The notes under the pieces were generated by a model. It did no database searches. It was not told the DNA's origin and saw only the letters and a program-made list of their open reading frames with translations. From NCBI GenBank assembly GCA_050273025.1, contig CP158635.1, positions 2,542,001 to 2,606,000 of the forward strand: 64,000 bases of DNA, in the 5' to 3' direction. Shown here piece by piece: positions 12,201-25,297 of this stretch (the stretch's first letter is position 1; each line of letters begins with the position of its first letter). Source of the stretch: Cenococcum geophilum (lineage: Eukaryota). The position numbers were made by a program, and so were the translations under genes.

Positions 12201-15200
12201 CCTTTTGTAATGCGGAGACGGTTAAATACAAAAATGATATTAAGCTTTGTATAATAATAAGCCTTACTTAGTCAGTTTAGTGTCTTTTATATTAATGGGA
12301 TTGGATATTAGTTCTTAACGGTAACAGTATTAAGAGCTTAGTAGTCTATATAGAAGCATAAACCGCTACTAGGTTCCTTAATAAAGATTACTAGTACGGC
12401 TATAGGCGATAAGCTTACTCTAATAAATCCTTTACTTAGGTTCTTGTCTAAATACTTTTATAGCACTTAAAGTTTATTTTAGATTATTTTAGATTATTTT
12501 ATATAAAGGTCTAAATCTAGACTGCTTTCCTTCTTTAAGTATAATCTTATAGTTGTATAGTTAGTATTCTAGTAGCTTATCGGCTTCCTTTTATAATAAT
12601 GCATTTAGGCAATAATAATACTCTACTAGTACCTTTATGGTAGGGTTAGTATGCTTCTTTAGTGCTAAGGCCTTCTTAATATTAGCTATTATAACAGCGA
12701 AGATCGTATACTCGGGTTTTTTAGCAAGTTGCGCTAGTGGGGTAGCTCTAATTATATAGATATCTAGGGTGCTAAGCTTGCTTAGATTATCTATAGTTTC
12801 TTATTTAGGCTTAGGTTTAGTATTAAGTACGGAGTTAGTATTAGATTTAGGTTTAGGTTCTTTAAGAATTCTTTTTATAGTAGAATACTAGTCCTTTTAG
12901 TATTTTTATATATAGAGCTTAAGCTTCTACTTAGCTTAGGGCGGTATAGTGCTTAGTAATAACTTATAGAATTTAGTAGAGTTTTCGGATCCTTAGTAGG
13001 TGTTAGTAAAATTCTTATACTAGTAGAATCTAGTAGATTCCTTAGGCGTAGAGTGGACATTAATAGAAATCTTATATTAGTAGAATTTAGTAGAATTCCT
13101 AGGTTAGTGGAATTTAGTGGATTCCTTAGGTACGGGGTAGATAGTTATTATAATCTTAGACTAGTAGATTCTAGTAGATTTTTTAGATTTTAGTTTTAGG
13201 TCTAAGTAGCAAGTTATAAGGCACTTCTGCTTATAATAGAAGGTGGTAAATAGAAGCTTAAGGTTATCCTAATTAATAGTTACCTTATATAGCTTTATCT
13301 AGGGTTATTTAAGGATTACTGGGTAACCTAGGGTAGTAATAAAAAGTTTAATTAATTCTTCGTGGTTTAGGTATTAGAGTCTTAGGAATACTACGTAAGT
13401 AATATATCCTAAAATAGTGTGTTTGCTATTAAATCTAAATACGTTAATATACTAGTTAATAGGGGTTAGGGTAAAACTATTATCTTATATAAAGATCTTG
13501 TTAATAAATCCTATACCGCTAGCTCTTATGTTAATTAGGATTTAAGTATTAGCCTATTAACTATTCTACCAAAGACGGCAGTTAATAGTTATGCTATATT
13601 CCTAAGAGTTAGAGTTTATAACATTAAATGTGTTTAATAAGATCCTATAGTAGAACTGTTTTAGAAAGCGACTTAGCTCTAGGACTTTCCTTTTAGAGGT
13701 AATTAGGGTAGGGTTCTTATAGAATATTAGTTGTAGCTTCGTCCTTATAAATAGTACTTACTAAATATAGGGCTAAAACTAGGTAAAAATTAGGGATAGT
13801 AACTAGAAGATTAATGCGGTAAACGGCTGCTAGTATTAGCCGTTTATAAATTATGTTTAGGTATAGCGACGGAGCAGTAGTTAGAGGTAAGAGCTACTTC
13901 TATATTTAAAGCAGAGGCCTAGCTTAATACGTCGTTCTTATTTAAAGGACCCTAGTAAGGCGTACCCTAGGGTTCTAGTGTTAATATCCATAGCGTTAAG
14001 GTGCTTAGGCTAAGATAATAACTTAATAGATATTTATAGGGTTGTTATATTATATTAAGGAGCGGGCTTCGGTATTAGGCGTAGTATATTATTATACCGT
14101 TTATTAATAACGTTTATATAGGTATTAAGGGCTCCTAGTGGGTCTATGCCTATTAGGGAGGTTTTTAGTTTAGGACTTAGGGATTTAATAAGGCTATTAA
14201 TTAGTGCGGAATCGTTTTAGCCTATTTCCTTTATATAATGGTTAAATTTAAAGAAGTATATTAGAAAACTTTTTATTCCTTAAGTTATATAGTTTATCTT
14301 TCTTTAAGCAGTAGCTTAGTGGTTTAGGTTACTATATATAGCTTTAAGAAGTACAACTAGGCTTTATACTAAGTTTAGCTAAAGAGGTTTAATAAGGTTA
14401 GCTATATCTCCTTTTAGTCAACTTAGGGCGTAATAGAGTTGGTTAGCTTTAGTTAGGTAATAGTTAGTATTACTAGTTAGCTTATTTTTAAGCTAGCTTA
14501 GAAATAATTAGAGCTTTTATTATTTATTAATAAATACTAAAGAATCTAGTAGTTATTTAGATTGTTTTAGTATAGTAGTTAGCTTAGGGTAAGTAACTAC
14601 TATAGGTTCGGGGCTTATGTTCCATAGATTTATCTCCAAAAATAGTATTTAGTCTTAAGGTCCTAGCGTAGGCATCTTAAGGGCGCGGACTTCTTCTTTG
14701 AGGTCCTTAATTAATTGCTAGTATTATACTTCTTATTTAGCTTATTATTAATTTAAAGTAGCTTAGTTTTATTTAAGGGCGTTTATAAAAGACTTCTATA
14801 TCCTTACTAATTATTTTTAAAGTATGGATATAATACCGGCGGCTGTTATAAGGGCTTTAGGTTTATTCTATATATTAACAATAGTATAGGTAGTTAACGT
14901 AATATAGTATTACAGAGTAAGTATAAGCGACGATAATATATAGTAAGGTAGATATTATTAAACTATATATATAAACTGTATATAGAGGTTAAGACATTAT
15001 ATAAGGAAAGAAGGTAGAAAAAGGGGAAGAAAGGGTATATATTGTTAACTTAGTTACTTAATTAATATATATACGGAGCAGAATAGGATTTAAGATATAG
15101 TCTTAGTAGAACTTAGCAGGATTTAATAAAACTTAGCAGAATATAGCAGATTGCCGTTAGATTACTATAGGTCGCGGCAAATTGCGGTCTCGTAAATAGT

Positions 15201-15247
15201 GAAAGCAGGTAGGCGTGTATAAGGTATTACAGGGGTATCCCATGACA
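9282..15247 (-). mobile_element. Full-length Gypsy/chromovirus family B (gag, protease, RT, RNase H, integrase, chromodomain), RIPped
   Basis: LTRs at 9282-9617 and 14908-15247, TSD CTTTT (9277-9281 / 15248-15252), PPT complement at 9618-9630. The RT YIDD-type motif lies near 12040-12055 on the minus strand. Confidence 0.95.
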
Positions 15248-16408
15248 CTTTTATCCTCTATATATATCTACTTTATAAACTAGTAGCTCTACGTCTCTAT
15301 ATACTAGCTTTAGTATTATAATATATTATATAGGGTAAATCTTTATTTTTATTAGTAAGTTAAGTTTATATATAACTTTTAAAATCTTAGCTATAATTTT
15401 AAATAGTCCTAGTTTAACGTAATCTAACTTCTTACTTAGTTGTTAACTTATAAAAGTTTTATATAATAGCTATACTTTATCTCCCTCCTTTAGATCTAGT
15501 CCCTTAAATCTCTTAGCATTATAGTACTTTTTAATTTTATTTTATACTATTTTTATTATAAAACAGAGGTCCTTATATAAAATTTTATTAGAGTCTTAAT
15601 TTTTTCCTTTACTATACTACTTATTTTCTTTACTTATTATAGTAATAACGATATTTTAGGCTTATATCTATAATTTACCTAAAATAGTAATATCTTTATA
15701 TCTTTCTATAGTATCGCATTATATATAAACTATATAACTAGTAATAATAATACCTAATTATTCTATGCGTAATTAATATAATATCTTAGATACTGCTCTA
15801 ATATCTAATTTAATCTTTTTATTTACCCGTCTATCTGCGAATAATATATAATAAAAGTTACTACTTTAACTCCTTATTCCGCTAAAAATACCTCCTAGAA
15901 TACTATTATAAATCTTAAATCTCTATTTAATATAATTTTTCTTAGTACTCTATATCTTATAAACACTTCTTTAATATAAACTCTAGCGATATCCTCTACT
16001 AAGATTTCTTCTATACATGCTATAAAGTAGCCCTATTTAGTTAACTTGTCTACTATTATAAGAATTATATTATACTCTTATCCGGTAATAGGATCTCTTA
16101 ACCTTAGTAGTTTTATAATAAAGTTCTATAATATAACTTCCTATAGTCTTTGTAGTATCTTAATAGGCTATAGCTTTCTATACAGCTTATACCTTATTAG
16201 TTTATTCCTTTAGTAATTTAGATATTCCCTTATAGCTTCTCTTACTAAACCCTAGATTCTATTAATAATATACTCCTCTTAGAGTCTTAACACTAGCCCT
16301 TAGGCTCCGTTATATCCCTACGTTATTCCCTTATAGAATTCTTTAATAAACTCTTTTATAATTAACTTAGGTATATACATTACTTCTTAGTTCTTATACT
16401 ACTCTATA

Positions 16409-16720
16409 TATTACGGGGCGGGGGCAGTGGCTATAGAGCGTATGTATTTAAGGAGTCTATAAGACGTTACGCGATTAATTATAAGGATTAAGAGCGTAAG
16501 GAGGTGATATACCTACGCGTAGCTGACGTAAGCTATACGCGAGGTGTATGCAAGAGCACGGGGCTCTCCTATAGAGGCCCCTACGGTGGGGTTCCGTAAC
16601 ACTACCCCCCCTTCTATAAAGGTGGAGCTCCGGCGATACTATGGTTACTATATATATATAGAAGGGACACTTAAGGTATATAGAGAAGAAAAAAGGGGTA
16701 TCGCTAAAGGCTTGTAATAA
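16409..16720 (-). mobile_element. 3' LTR (16409-16601), PPT and short internal remnant of a further Gypsy family
   Basis: TATTACGG...CCGTAACA termini followed by ctacccccccttc. Confidence 0.7.
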
Positions 16721-18721
16721 TGTTACGTAATAAGACTTAGCACCTAAAAATCTAACTAATTAGATAATTTTAACCGCTGGTTAAAGTTCCTAGATATCTT
16801 GACAAGTTTCTAGTTACGTAATCGCACTTTACCGTTATATAATGGCAATCTGCGGCAATTTAATGGTAATTTAATAGCAATTTGCCCTTATATAGTAATG
16901 TATAACGGCTTAACTCTATAAGGGCTCCTATAGAGGATTAAGTATAAAATCTCTGCTTAGGCCTAGTTTCTATAGTTTCGCGTAATAAAAATCGCTAATT
17001 AGATACTTTATATCTTTAAAGTCTTTCTATAGTTACTATTCTGGCTAATTTATATTAAATCCTGTATAGATAGCTCTATAGTAGAGCCACCGTCCTCTGC
17101 CTTTACTAAAGTATTTAGAATTAATAATTTGTTTAATGGTCTACTCCTTATAGTTCTTATCTTTATTCTTGTCTTAGATTAGTACTAATAGGGTATAGCG
17201 GTTATAGATAATAGTGTAGTTAAGGTAGGTCGTCTAGGTAGATTTACTTATTAGGATTATATACGCGTATAAATATCCTAGTTAGTTATAGGCGGTAATA
17301 GCGTTATAAAATAATTTTTAAATAAATATATAATAAATATATAATAAATATTGATGAGTTTAGCGATTTTAAAAGCGAATTAGCCACGTAGTAACTGCGT
17401 TTAATATTCGCGAATATTGCAGAAGGTCTTAGCATTGTGCGTTACTAAGATGGATACTATAAGCAATATATAGACGCTAGTATATAATTATAGTTGCCAA
17501 ATACGCAGGTTGCTAGCAGGTTGTACGTAGGTTACGCGTAGGCTATACGCAGGCCGCGTGTTAAAAAAACACGATATAGGCTAGTCGGTTAAGTTGCTAA
17601 ATGCCCTTAACTACGCGCTAATTGCGTTAACCACTAACCATTGAGGCCATTAGTAGGGTACTATATTTTGCCAATATATAGATTTTTATAGTCGCTAAGG
17701 ACCTTAATTAGAAATCCGGCGCCTTCTAGTTTGGGTTACTATTATTTAAAATATCTAATAATAGCTAGTAATTCTTTATCGTAAATCTTATAGTTATATT
17801 TAGCTAGGTTTAATTGTTTTAAAAAGTATACTATAGGGTATAATACTTCTTCTTTATTATATTAAGATAGAATACCTCTAGTAACGTAATTAGATAAGTC
17901 AGCTTTTATAACACTTATTTATTTTAGGTTAAAGTGTTAAAGTATAGGTATAGTAGTAAATATAACCTTTAGATAAGTAAAGGCCTTCTTATATTCCTTA
18001 TCGAAGATAAAGACTTTATCCTTTTAGGTTAGAGCTATAAGGGGTAAAACTAGAGCGAAGAAGTTATTAATAAACCGTTAGTAGAAATTGGCAAATCCTA
18101 TAAAGGCTCTTATATCCTTAACGTTCTTAAGTTCTTACTAGTTTATAATTACTTCGACTTTCTTTAGGTCTATTTATATACTATTTATAGAAATAAGAAG
18201 CCTAAGGTATAGGTCTTCTATTTTATAGAATTTGTATTTATCTATATCTAATTATAGACTAGCTCCTTATAGGGCTTATAGGATAAGATTAATGTATTTC
18301 TAGTATTTCGTTAGGTTATTACTATATATTAGAATATTGTTAATATAAGCAGTGTAGAAGATATATAGGTAGGGGCGTAGGGTATTATTTACGTAATATT
18401 AAAACGAGCTTAAGGCGTTTATAAGGCCGAATAATATTACTAAGTACTTAAATAATTTATACTAGGTACGGAACGTAGTAAGCTATTTATCTCCTTTAAT
18501 AATATAGAGCGGTTAAATATAGAGATAATATTAAGCTTCGTATAATAGCAAGCCCTACTTAGTTAGTTTAGTATTTTCTATATTAATAGGATCGGATATT
18601 AGTTCTTAATAGTAACGGCGTTAAGAGCTTAGTAGTTTATATAGAAGCGTAAACCGCCGCTAGGTTTCTTACTAGTATAGCTATAGGTAAAGAGCTTTGC
18701 TCTAATAAATCCTTTACTTAG

Positions 18722-21700
18722 TATTAGGCTATAGAGACGCACTAGCCGTAACCGGCTTAGCGTAGGCGAGGCGCAGGCGAGGCGCCTATAAAACGTAGTC
18801 GCCCCGCATTAGAGAACAGCAGAATTTAGTTCTATAGTTCTACTTCATTAAGAACTAGATACTCTTTGCATCCCGCTACTGTTATTATATTACTACATAC
18901 CCTAAGGACCTTAGCGTCCTAACAGTACTGAATTCTTATCCCTTTTTAGGGGTGGTGGCCCGACAACACAGCGGTCTACTAAGGCCACAACTACGTAGCG
19001 GCAACCCTCTGTCGAGAAGACGACCTATATTTATTAACTATATCACAGCCTATCGACCTAATGGCGAGACGAGGGTGTACTAGCGTAGTGCGTACTATTA
19101 AGCCTGGAGATCGGCCCTAGGATAATATAGGCGAACCTATATCGTCCCGGACAGAACCAGAAGCTACGGATAAAGGGGATATATAGGAAAAAATATAACG
19201 GCTAGAAAACGAAAAGCTATAACTCCTAGAGTAAAGTAAACTATACTTACTTAGGAAAGAGGTGGAAGTGCTAAGACGGCGTTAACGCGGTAAGGTGACG
19301 TTGACTCCCATTCCTGACCTAGATCTATAACCTTAAACTATCCTATTGGAGTACTTAGATGGTAGCTAGATGCGTCCGAACCTTAAGCGGAAGGCTACTA
19401 ATATAATAGGCGCTTTATTAAAACGGGCCGTTAAAATAGAGAAGATTGCTTTATATTATGGTAAGACCATATAAGAGTACTAAGACTTCTATAATAGCTT
19501 AAAGCTAGCGTTCTACCTAGAGTATAACGGCTTCGCGGATAAGGATACTAAAGTTGCGTTTACTATATAATATATAAAGGGGACCAACCGAACCCTTTGG
19601 CTGTAGTATAAAGATAACCACCTAGACACGCAGTTTACCTAGGAGGAGCTAATAGAATTCCTAATTAACCAAATTAAAAGTCCTATTAATTGAGAACTCT
19701 ATATAGCCCTAATATATGTAAGGGCAATGTAACGAACCAATTAACCTATAAACGAGTTTACTGCTTACCTAACCTCCTTAGAAGTATAAATTAATCCTCC
19801 CTATAATATAAAGCATCTAATAATATACCTGTTCGCGAAGCTATGGCTAGAGCTACGGCTATTAGGAGTTTCTATAAACTTAAAATTAGCTAGTTTCTTT
19901 AGCTGCCCTATTAAGGAAAAACCAAAAGAGCGTAAGTGCCCTATAGGCTAGAAGTAATAGGCGCGCCGTGAACTTAAATATAAAGACTACCCCATCGGGT
20001 AACTTAGGGAAAGTAGACTCTAAAACCACCGCTAGCGATATAACGGCGGGGTAAAGTAGTACCGCTAGGGGTTTAACCCAACCTAAGGAGAACTACAAAA
20101 ATTATGGCAAGCTAGGATATTAGTGGCGACAGTGCCTAAAAACACGATAGTACCAGCCGTAGTTAAGTAGCGTAAACGCTATCTTAACGCTAGGAAAAGG
20201 CAGGCGCCCTTGGAGCCCCTTATACTTATAGGGCGTAAGCTACTACTAGATTATAAGGAAGCTATTACTATTTTAGGAGAAGTCCTATCTAAGCAAACCT
20301 AAAAGGAGACCTTAGTAATGCTTAATCTCGGCGCCGAAGTAAATGTAATTAATTAGCAATTCATAATAGAGTATAACTTTAAAACACTAGACGTAGAATT
20401 GCCTACTTACTTTTAGTTAAATAAAACTTAGGTATATTACTATAAAGCCTATAAGGTACTATTAAGAATAAAGGACAGCTAGGGCAGGATAAGGGAAGTA
20501 ACCCTTATCTGCTATAGAATGGCTAACACATCCCCCACTATTACCCTAGGTATGCTAGGGTTAAAGAAGGCCCGACTTTTTATTAACTATAAGGCGAAGG
20601 CGTGGCGACAGAAGCTAGATGGCTCGTCCCTGTTACTATAAACCCCTAAGGGTTTTGCGGAGTCTCTCTAGAGGGAATCTAGGGTCTTCTCCCTAGTAAT
20701 TACTAAATTAATACCTAGTAAATAAGACGACGGCAGCTTACTGGTTCTTCCCCTATAGTTAAAAGAAGCTAGCGATATCTTCTTATATAAGGAAGCAGGA
20801 AAGCTACCCTAATACTACTAGGGCGACTATGCTATTAACCTAGAAGAGGGATAGGAGGTCCTATATAGACCGCTCTATAACCTTTCGGTTAAGGAGCTAG
20901 AGGTACTAAAGGAGTACTTAGATAATGCCTTAGCTAAAGGTTAGATCTAACTAAGTACTAGTCCCGTAGGGGTACCTATCCTATTTATACCTAAAAAGAA
21001 TAGGAAGCTATGGCTCTGTATAGATTATAGAGGCCTTAATAAGGTAATAATTAAGAATCGTCTCGCACTACTATTAATTAGTAAGACCTTGGACCGCTTA
21101 GTAGGTTCTAAGATTTTTACTAAGTTAGACTTAACGAATGCGTACTACCGCCTTTGTATCTATTGGGGCGACAAGTAAAAGACGGCGTTCCGCATACGTT
21201 ATAGCCACTTTAAGTATTTAGTTTTGCCTTTTAGGCTAACTAATAGACTAGCGACCTTTTAGGGCTATATTAATCGGGCCTTATTAGGACTGGTAGACGT
21301 CTTCTATATAGTCTACCTTAATAATATTCTAATTTTCTCTAAAAATCTAGAGGAACACTAGCGCCACGTACTAGAAGTGCTATATAGGTTATAGTAATAT
21401 TAACTATATATAAACCTTAAGAAGTGTAGGTTTAGTGTATAAGAGGTTAAGTTCCTAGGATATATTATTAGTCCTAAAGGCGTAGCGATAGATCCTAGCC
21501 GGGTAAAAGCTATTACTAAGTAGGAGAGCCCTTAATCCTATAGGGATATCTAGGTCTTTCTAGGTTTTGCTAACTTCTATTACCGGTTTATCTATAAGTA
21601 CTCTGCTATTGCGAAGCCTATTACTAATCTCCTTAAGGGAGTAAAGAACGGCTGTAAAGCTAGGCCTCTTAGTTAGCCTAAAGAGGCGAAGCAGGCAATG

Positions 21701-24700
21701 CGCTGGCTCTGCGACGCCTTTACAACGGCGCCGCTTCTGCGACACTATACGCTGGGCTTACTGACCCGGTTAGAGACTAATACCTCTATATAAGGCCTAG
21801 TAGCAATTATATTATAGCTGTTTAAAGATAGTCTTTAGTATCTAATAGCCTTTTAGTCTAGGAAGCTTTCGCCAGCAGAGTATAATTATAAAACCTATAA
21901 TTAGGAGCTACTAGCTATTGTGGAGGCTTTTAAGCATTAGAGATACTATATTAAGGGGCTATTAAGCCGCCTAGAAGTGCTTACAGACTATAATAATCTA
22001 AAGGGTTTTATAAAGTAAAAGCCCTTAATAGACGGTAAGCTAGATAGGCTATAGCATTAGCTGCCTATAACTTTGTTATTAAGTATAGGGCGGGAAAAAC
22101 GAACCCCGTAGACGCGCTGTTAAGGCGACCCCTAGGCGTAGGGGGTCCGCTAGAAGAAGACACTATGCTACTATTACTCTAAAGGACTTTAGGAATATAG
22201 GGCCACTAACCTAAGGTAAAAGTCCCACTAGGTGTATAAGAAAACGAGCCTTTTATAAAGGTGTTGTTTCTATAGCTATAAGCCAGTAACCTGACGGCGG
22301 TACGCCTAGGCTATATAGTATTATAGTTTAACTAGGCAACCTATACGTATACTGTTAAGCAGCGTGCAATAAGGACCTAAGTTAGAGAAGCTAGTACTTA
22401 AGAGAGTGCTTATAAGTCTAGTATGGAAACAGTTGTTAAGCTTATTAAAGGACTTTAGACTAAAGATGACTTTATGCTACAAAAGCGCAGCGACAGCGTA
22501 GATATTGCGAGACGCCGTTAACGCGCTTGCTTAAAGCTAGTATAGCAGTTTAATTCCGCTAGACTACTTTATTACCGCGGGAGGCTATATATGCCCCTAG
22601 ACCCAGCGGTTTGTGTAGAACTCCTATAGATCCACCACAATAATGCCCTAGCTGGGCACTTTGGTAAGAAAAAGACTCTAAATCTACTTTTACGTAAATA
22701 CTACTAGCCTAGTATAAATGCGGACGTTATAAACTACATCCCTACCTATAATTTATGCCAACGTATACATGCGCCTTAATATCGCCCTTATGGTAAGCTT
22801 TAAGCGCTACCTTACCCAGACCAGCCGTGGTAGGAGATTATAATAGACTTTATTATAGGCCTACCGCCTAGTAAATGAGGCGATAAGGTATATAACGCAA
22901 TATATATAATAGTCGACCGCTATACTAAGATGGCCTTATATCTGCCTATAGTAAAAACTATTACTATAACCGAACTCGCGGATCTCTTTTTTAATAAAGT
23001 AGTACGCCGTTTTAGAGCCCCTAGGGGGATTATATCTAATTACGGTAGTATCTTCACTAGTAAGTTTTAGTCGGAGCTATACTTTACTGCGAAGATTAAA
23101 TATAGGCTAAGTACGGCCTTTTACCCACAAACTAATGGGTAAATAAAACGCCAGAACTAAACCTTAGAGTATTACCTCCGTATATTTTATAACGAAAAGT
23201 AGAGCAACTAGGTAGGCCTCTTATTATTAGCCGAATTTACCTATAATAATGCTAAATATAGCAAGATGGGTATAAGCCTGTTCTATACCTGCTACGGGTT
23301 TTACCTATATCTAGAATACAAAGTTAAGGCAGATAATAGTAGTTCTATTTTAGCCGCCTTTAAAAGGATTAAAAGGATATCCCTTAAACATAAAGCGCCA
23401 GTAAAACGCTAGGAACACGCTGCCGAGGCATAGGCAAAATACTATAATCGTTATTACTAACTATAGGCATATAAAGTAGGGGATCTAGTCTTGCTATTAA
23501 CTAAGAACCTTAAACTAAAAAGGCTAAGTAAGAAACTTACAGCATGCTTTATTAGACCTTTTAGTATAGCTGAACTAGTTAGAAAGTAAGCATACTGACT
23601 ATATCTACCCACGTCTTACTATATCTACCCAGTGTTTTATATTAGCTTACTAGAGCTATATAAATAACGTAAGGGCACTACTAGAGACCCTCTACTAGGG
23701 CCTATTAAGCTAGACGATTAAGCGGACTAAGAGGACTAATATAAGGTAGAAGAAGTATGTAGAAGGAAGGGATATAACTAGACCCTACAGTACCTGGTTA
23801 AGTAGAAAGGCTAGCTAAAAGAATATAATAAATAGGTCCTAGTAGAGGACATTAATAAGAACGCAAAGAAGACGTATAATAGTTACTTTACCCTAAGGGG
23901 TAAACGGAAAAGAAAGTAGGTAGGAGAATAAAAAACTTTTAATTATAACTAAGGTTATGCTCTACTAGTGGGGCGACAACGGAATAACGGCGGAGTGATG
24001 GTAATATGCTAATAGAAATATAGATACTTTACAGCTCTAGTAAATCCTCCCTTTCCTTCCCTCCTTCCTTATCCTCCTTCTCCTCTCCCTCCTTATCCTC
24101 CTTCTCTCCCTCCTCCTTATCCTCCTTACCCTTATTCTCCTTCTTATCCCTTATAATGGGAGGCATATTAGCCTACAGGTACTATTAGCATACGCTATAA
24201 CGGCGAAACACCTACGCTATAACATGTACTAAAGCGCGTATTACGTTAAGAATTCCTTTAAGAGTATAATAGATGGCCTATAATTCCTGCACTTAGAGCA
24301 GGGGAAAGTCTTCGCCCTTTAGGCGCTGGCGGAGACCGTGCTTAGCGCCGGTGCGTACTAAGGCCTTAATATCCTTTATAAAGGACTTCTAGGCGGCAGC
24401 GACGCGAGTATTAAGGTCAGCCGTGTCCCCGCTAGTAACCCGCCGGCGCTTAGCCCTATCAATAAGGGCGAGTAGCTTATTTAGGCGGCTATAGAAGGCC
24501 TTAGGGACCTAGTCTGTTAGCTATTAGAACCTAAACCAATACACTTAGACGTACTGGTTGGCACGACTTATTTAGTTATTAGTAGGACCTATAATTACGG
24601 TTAGCCTACTTACCGCAGGTGACCCACCTAGTAGTAGCTACACGCTTAGTGTAACGGAGGTAGATTAGTTCTAGCAAAGCTAGGGGAGCGGCTTATAAGC

Positions 24701-25297
24701 GGTATAGGAGCTTTAACAGCGCCTAGTAGGGTTAGCGACAGCTATAAGCTAGTATAAAGAATACTTACGGAAGACTCGCGAGCAGGCAAACTAACGGCTT
24801 AGCGCTTGCGATTTATAATTAATTAGAAGTTGTAAAGAAGGCAAGTCGTAGGCTAAACAAATTAAAATGGAATTAGAAGGGAAATCTAATGTCCTATCTA
24901 GGTAGGAACTCCTACCTTTATAGATCTCTACAAGGTCCTATTATTATATTATCCTATTATTATATTACCCTATTATTACATTATTTGATTTACTTAAATT
25001 TATCAAAAACTTTTTATTTAGAGAAGGGCAATAATAGTACTCCTATTGTATAATAGCGTCGGCTGAGGACAGCCGCTTAAGAAGGGGGGGCAATTATTAG
25101 GCCATAGAGACGCACTGGCCGTAACCGGCTTAGCGCAGGCGAGGCGCAGGCGAGGCGCCTACAAAACGTAGTCGCCCCGCATTAGAGAACAGCAGAATTC
25201 AGTTTTATAGTTCTACTTCATTAAGAACCAGATACTCTTTGCATCCCGCTACTATTATTACGTTACTATATACCCTAAGGACCTTGGCGTCCTAACA
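18722..25297 (+). mobile_element. Full-length Gypsy/chromovirus family C with an extended 3' region, RIPped
   Basis: 203-bp LTRs at 18722-18924 and 25095-25297, TSD CTTAG, PPT gaagggggggcaat at 25081-25094. Protease LD.GAEVN ~20320, RT YLDDIL ~21313, integrase, chromodomain ~23740-23880. Confidence 0.96.
24029..24816 (-). pseudogene. RIPped 4-exon antisense accessory gene of Gypsy C, ~212 aa: Zn2Cys6-like cluster, coiled coil, acidic tail
   Basis: Exons 24816-24769, 24722-24555, 24508-24230 and 24172-24029 are all multiples of 3. Three phase-0 introns of 46, 46 and 57 nt: GTAAGT..GCTAAC..TAG, GTACGT..GCTAAC..TAG, GTACAT..GCTAAT..TAG. Confidence 0.8.

Larger units (their letters stand above)
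8117..16408 (-). mobile_element. 3' half of Gypsy/chromovirus family A (integrase, chromodomain, antisense gene, PPT, 3' LTR ~8117-8384), interrupted by Gypsy B
   Basis: LTR end ...ccgtaaca at 8384 is followed by the PPT complement ctatccccctcctttt. Chromodomain at ~9100-9281 continues after 15252 into integrase (MDF.VKLP.S.DP.TG...D.IL.IVDKLTK.GYFI; SKKLDYVKLG.FKI). Confidence 0.85.
5566..17678 (+). mobile_element. DNA transposon with ~150-bp TIRs and a DUF6589-like transposase remnant (possibly Academ/AcademH-type), heavily nested
   Basis: Inverted repeats TATATTGGCAAAA...AATGGCCTCAATGGTTAG...GTAGTTAAGGGCATTTAGCAAC at 5566-~5715 and ~17522-17678. The de-RIPped ORF (ATG 5968 to ~8116) contains G.K.R.ITLL.KLGV..SY and IVYDNF....RVRHET.......SATT motifs. 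Confidence 0.7.

Noticed and set aside
16900..17300. RecQ-like helicase start inside the right TIR
   Set aside because: The frame is plausible but is truncated before any helicase motif, so it was not called.
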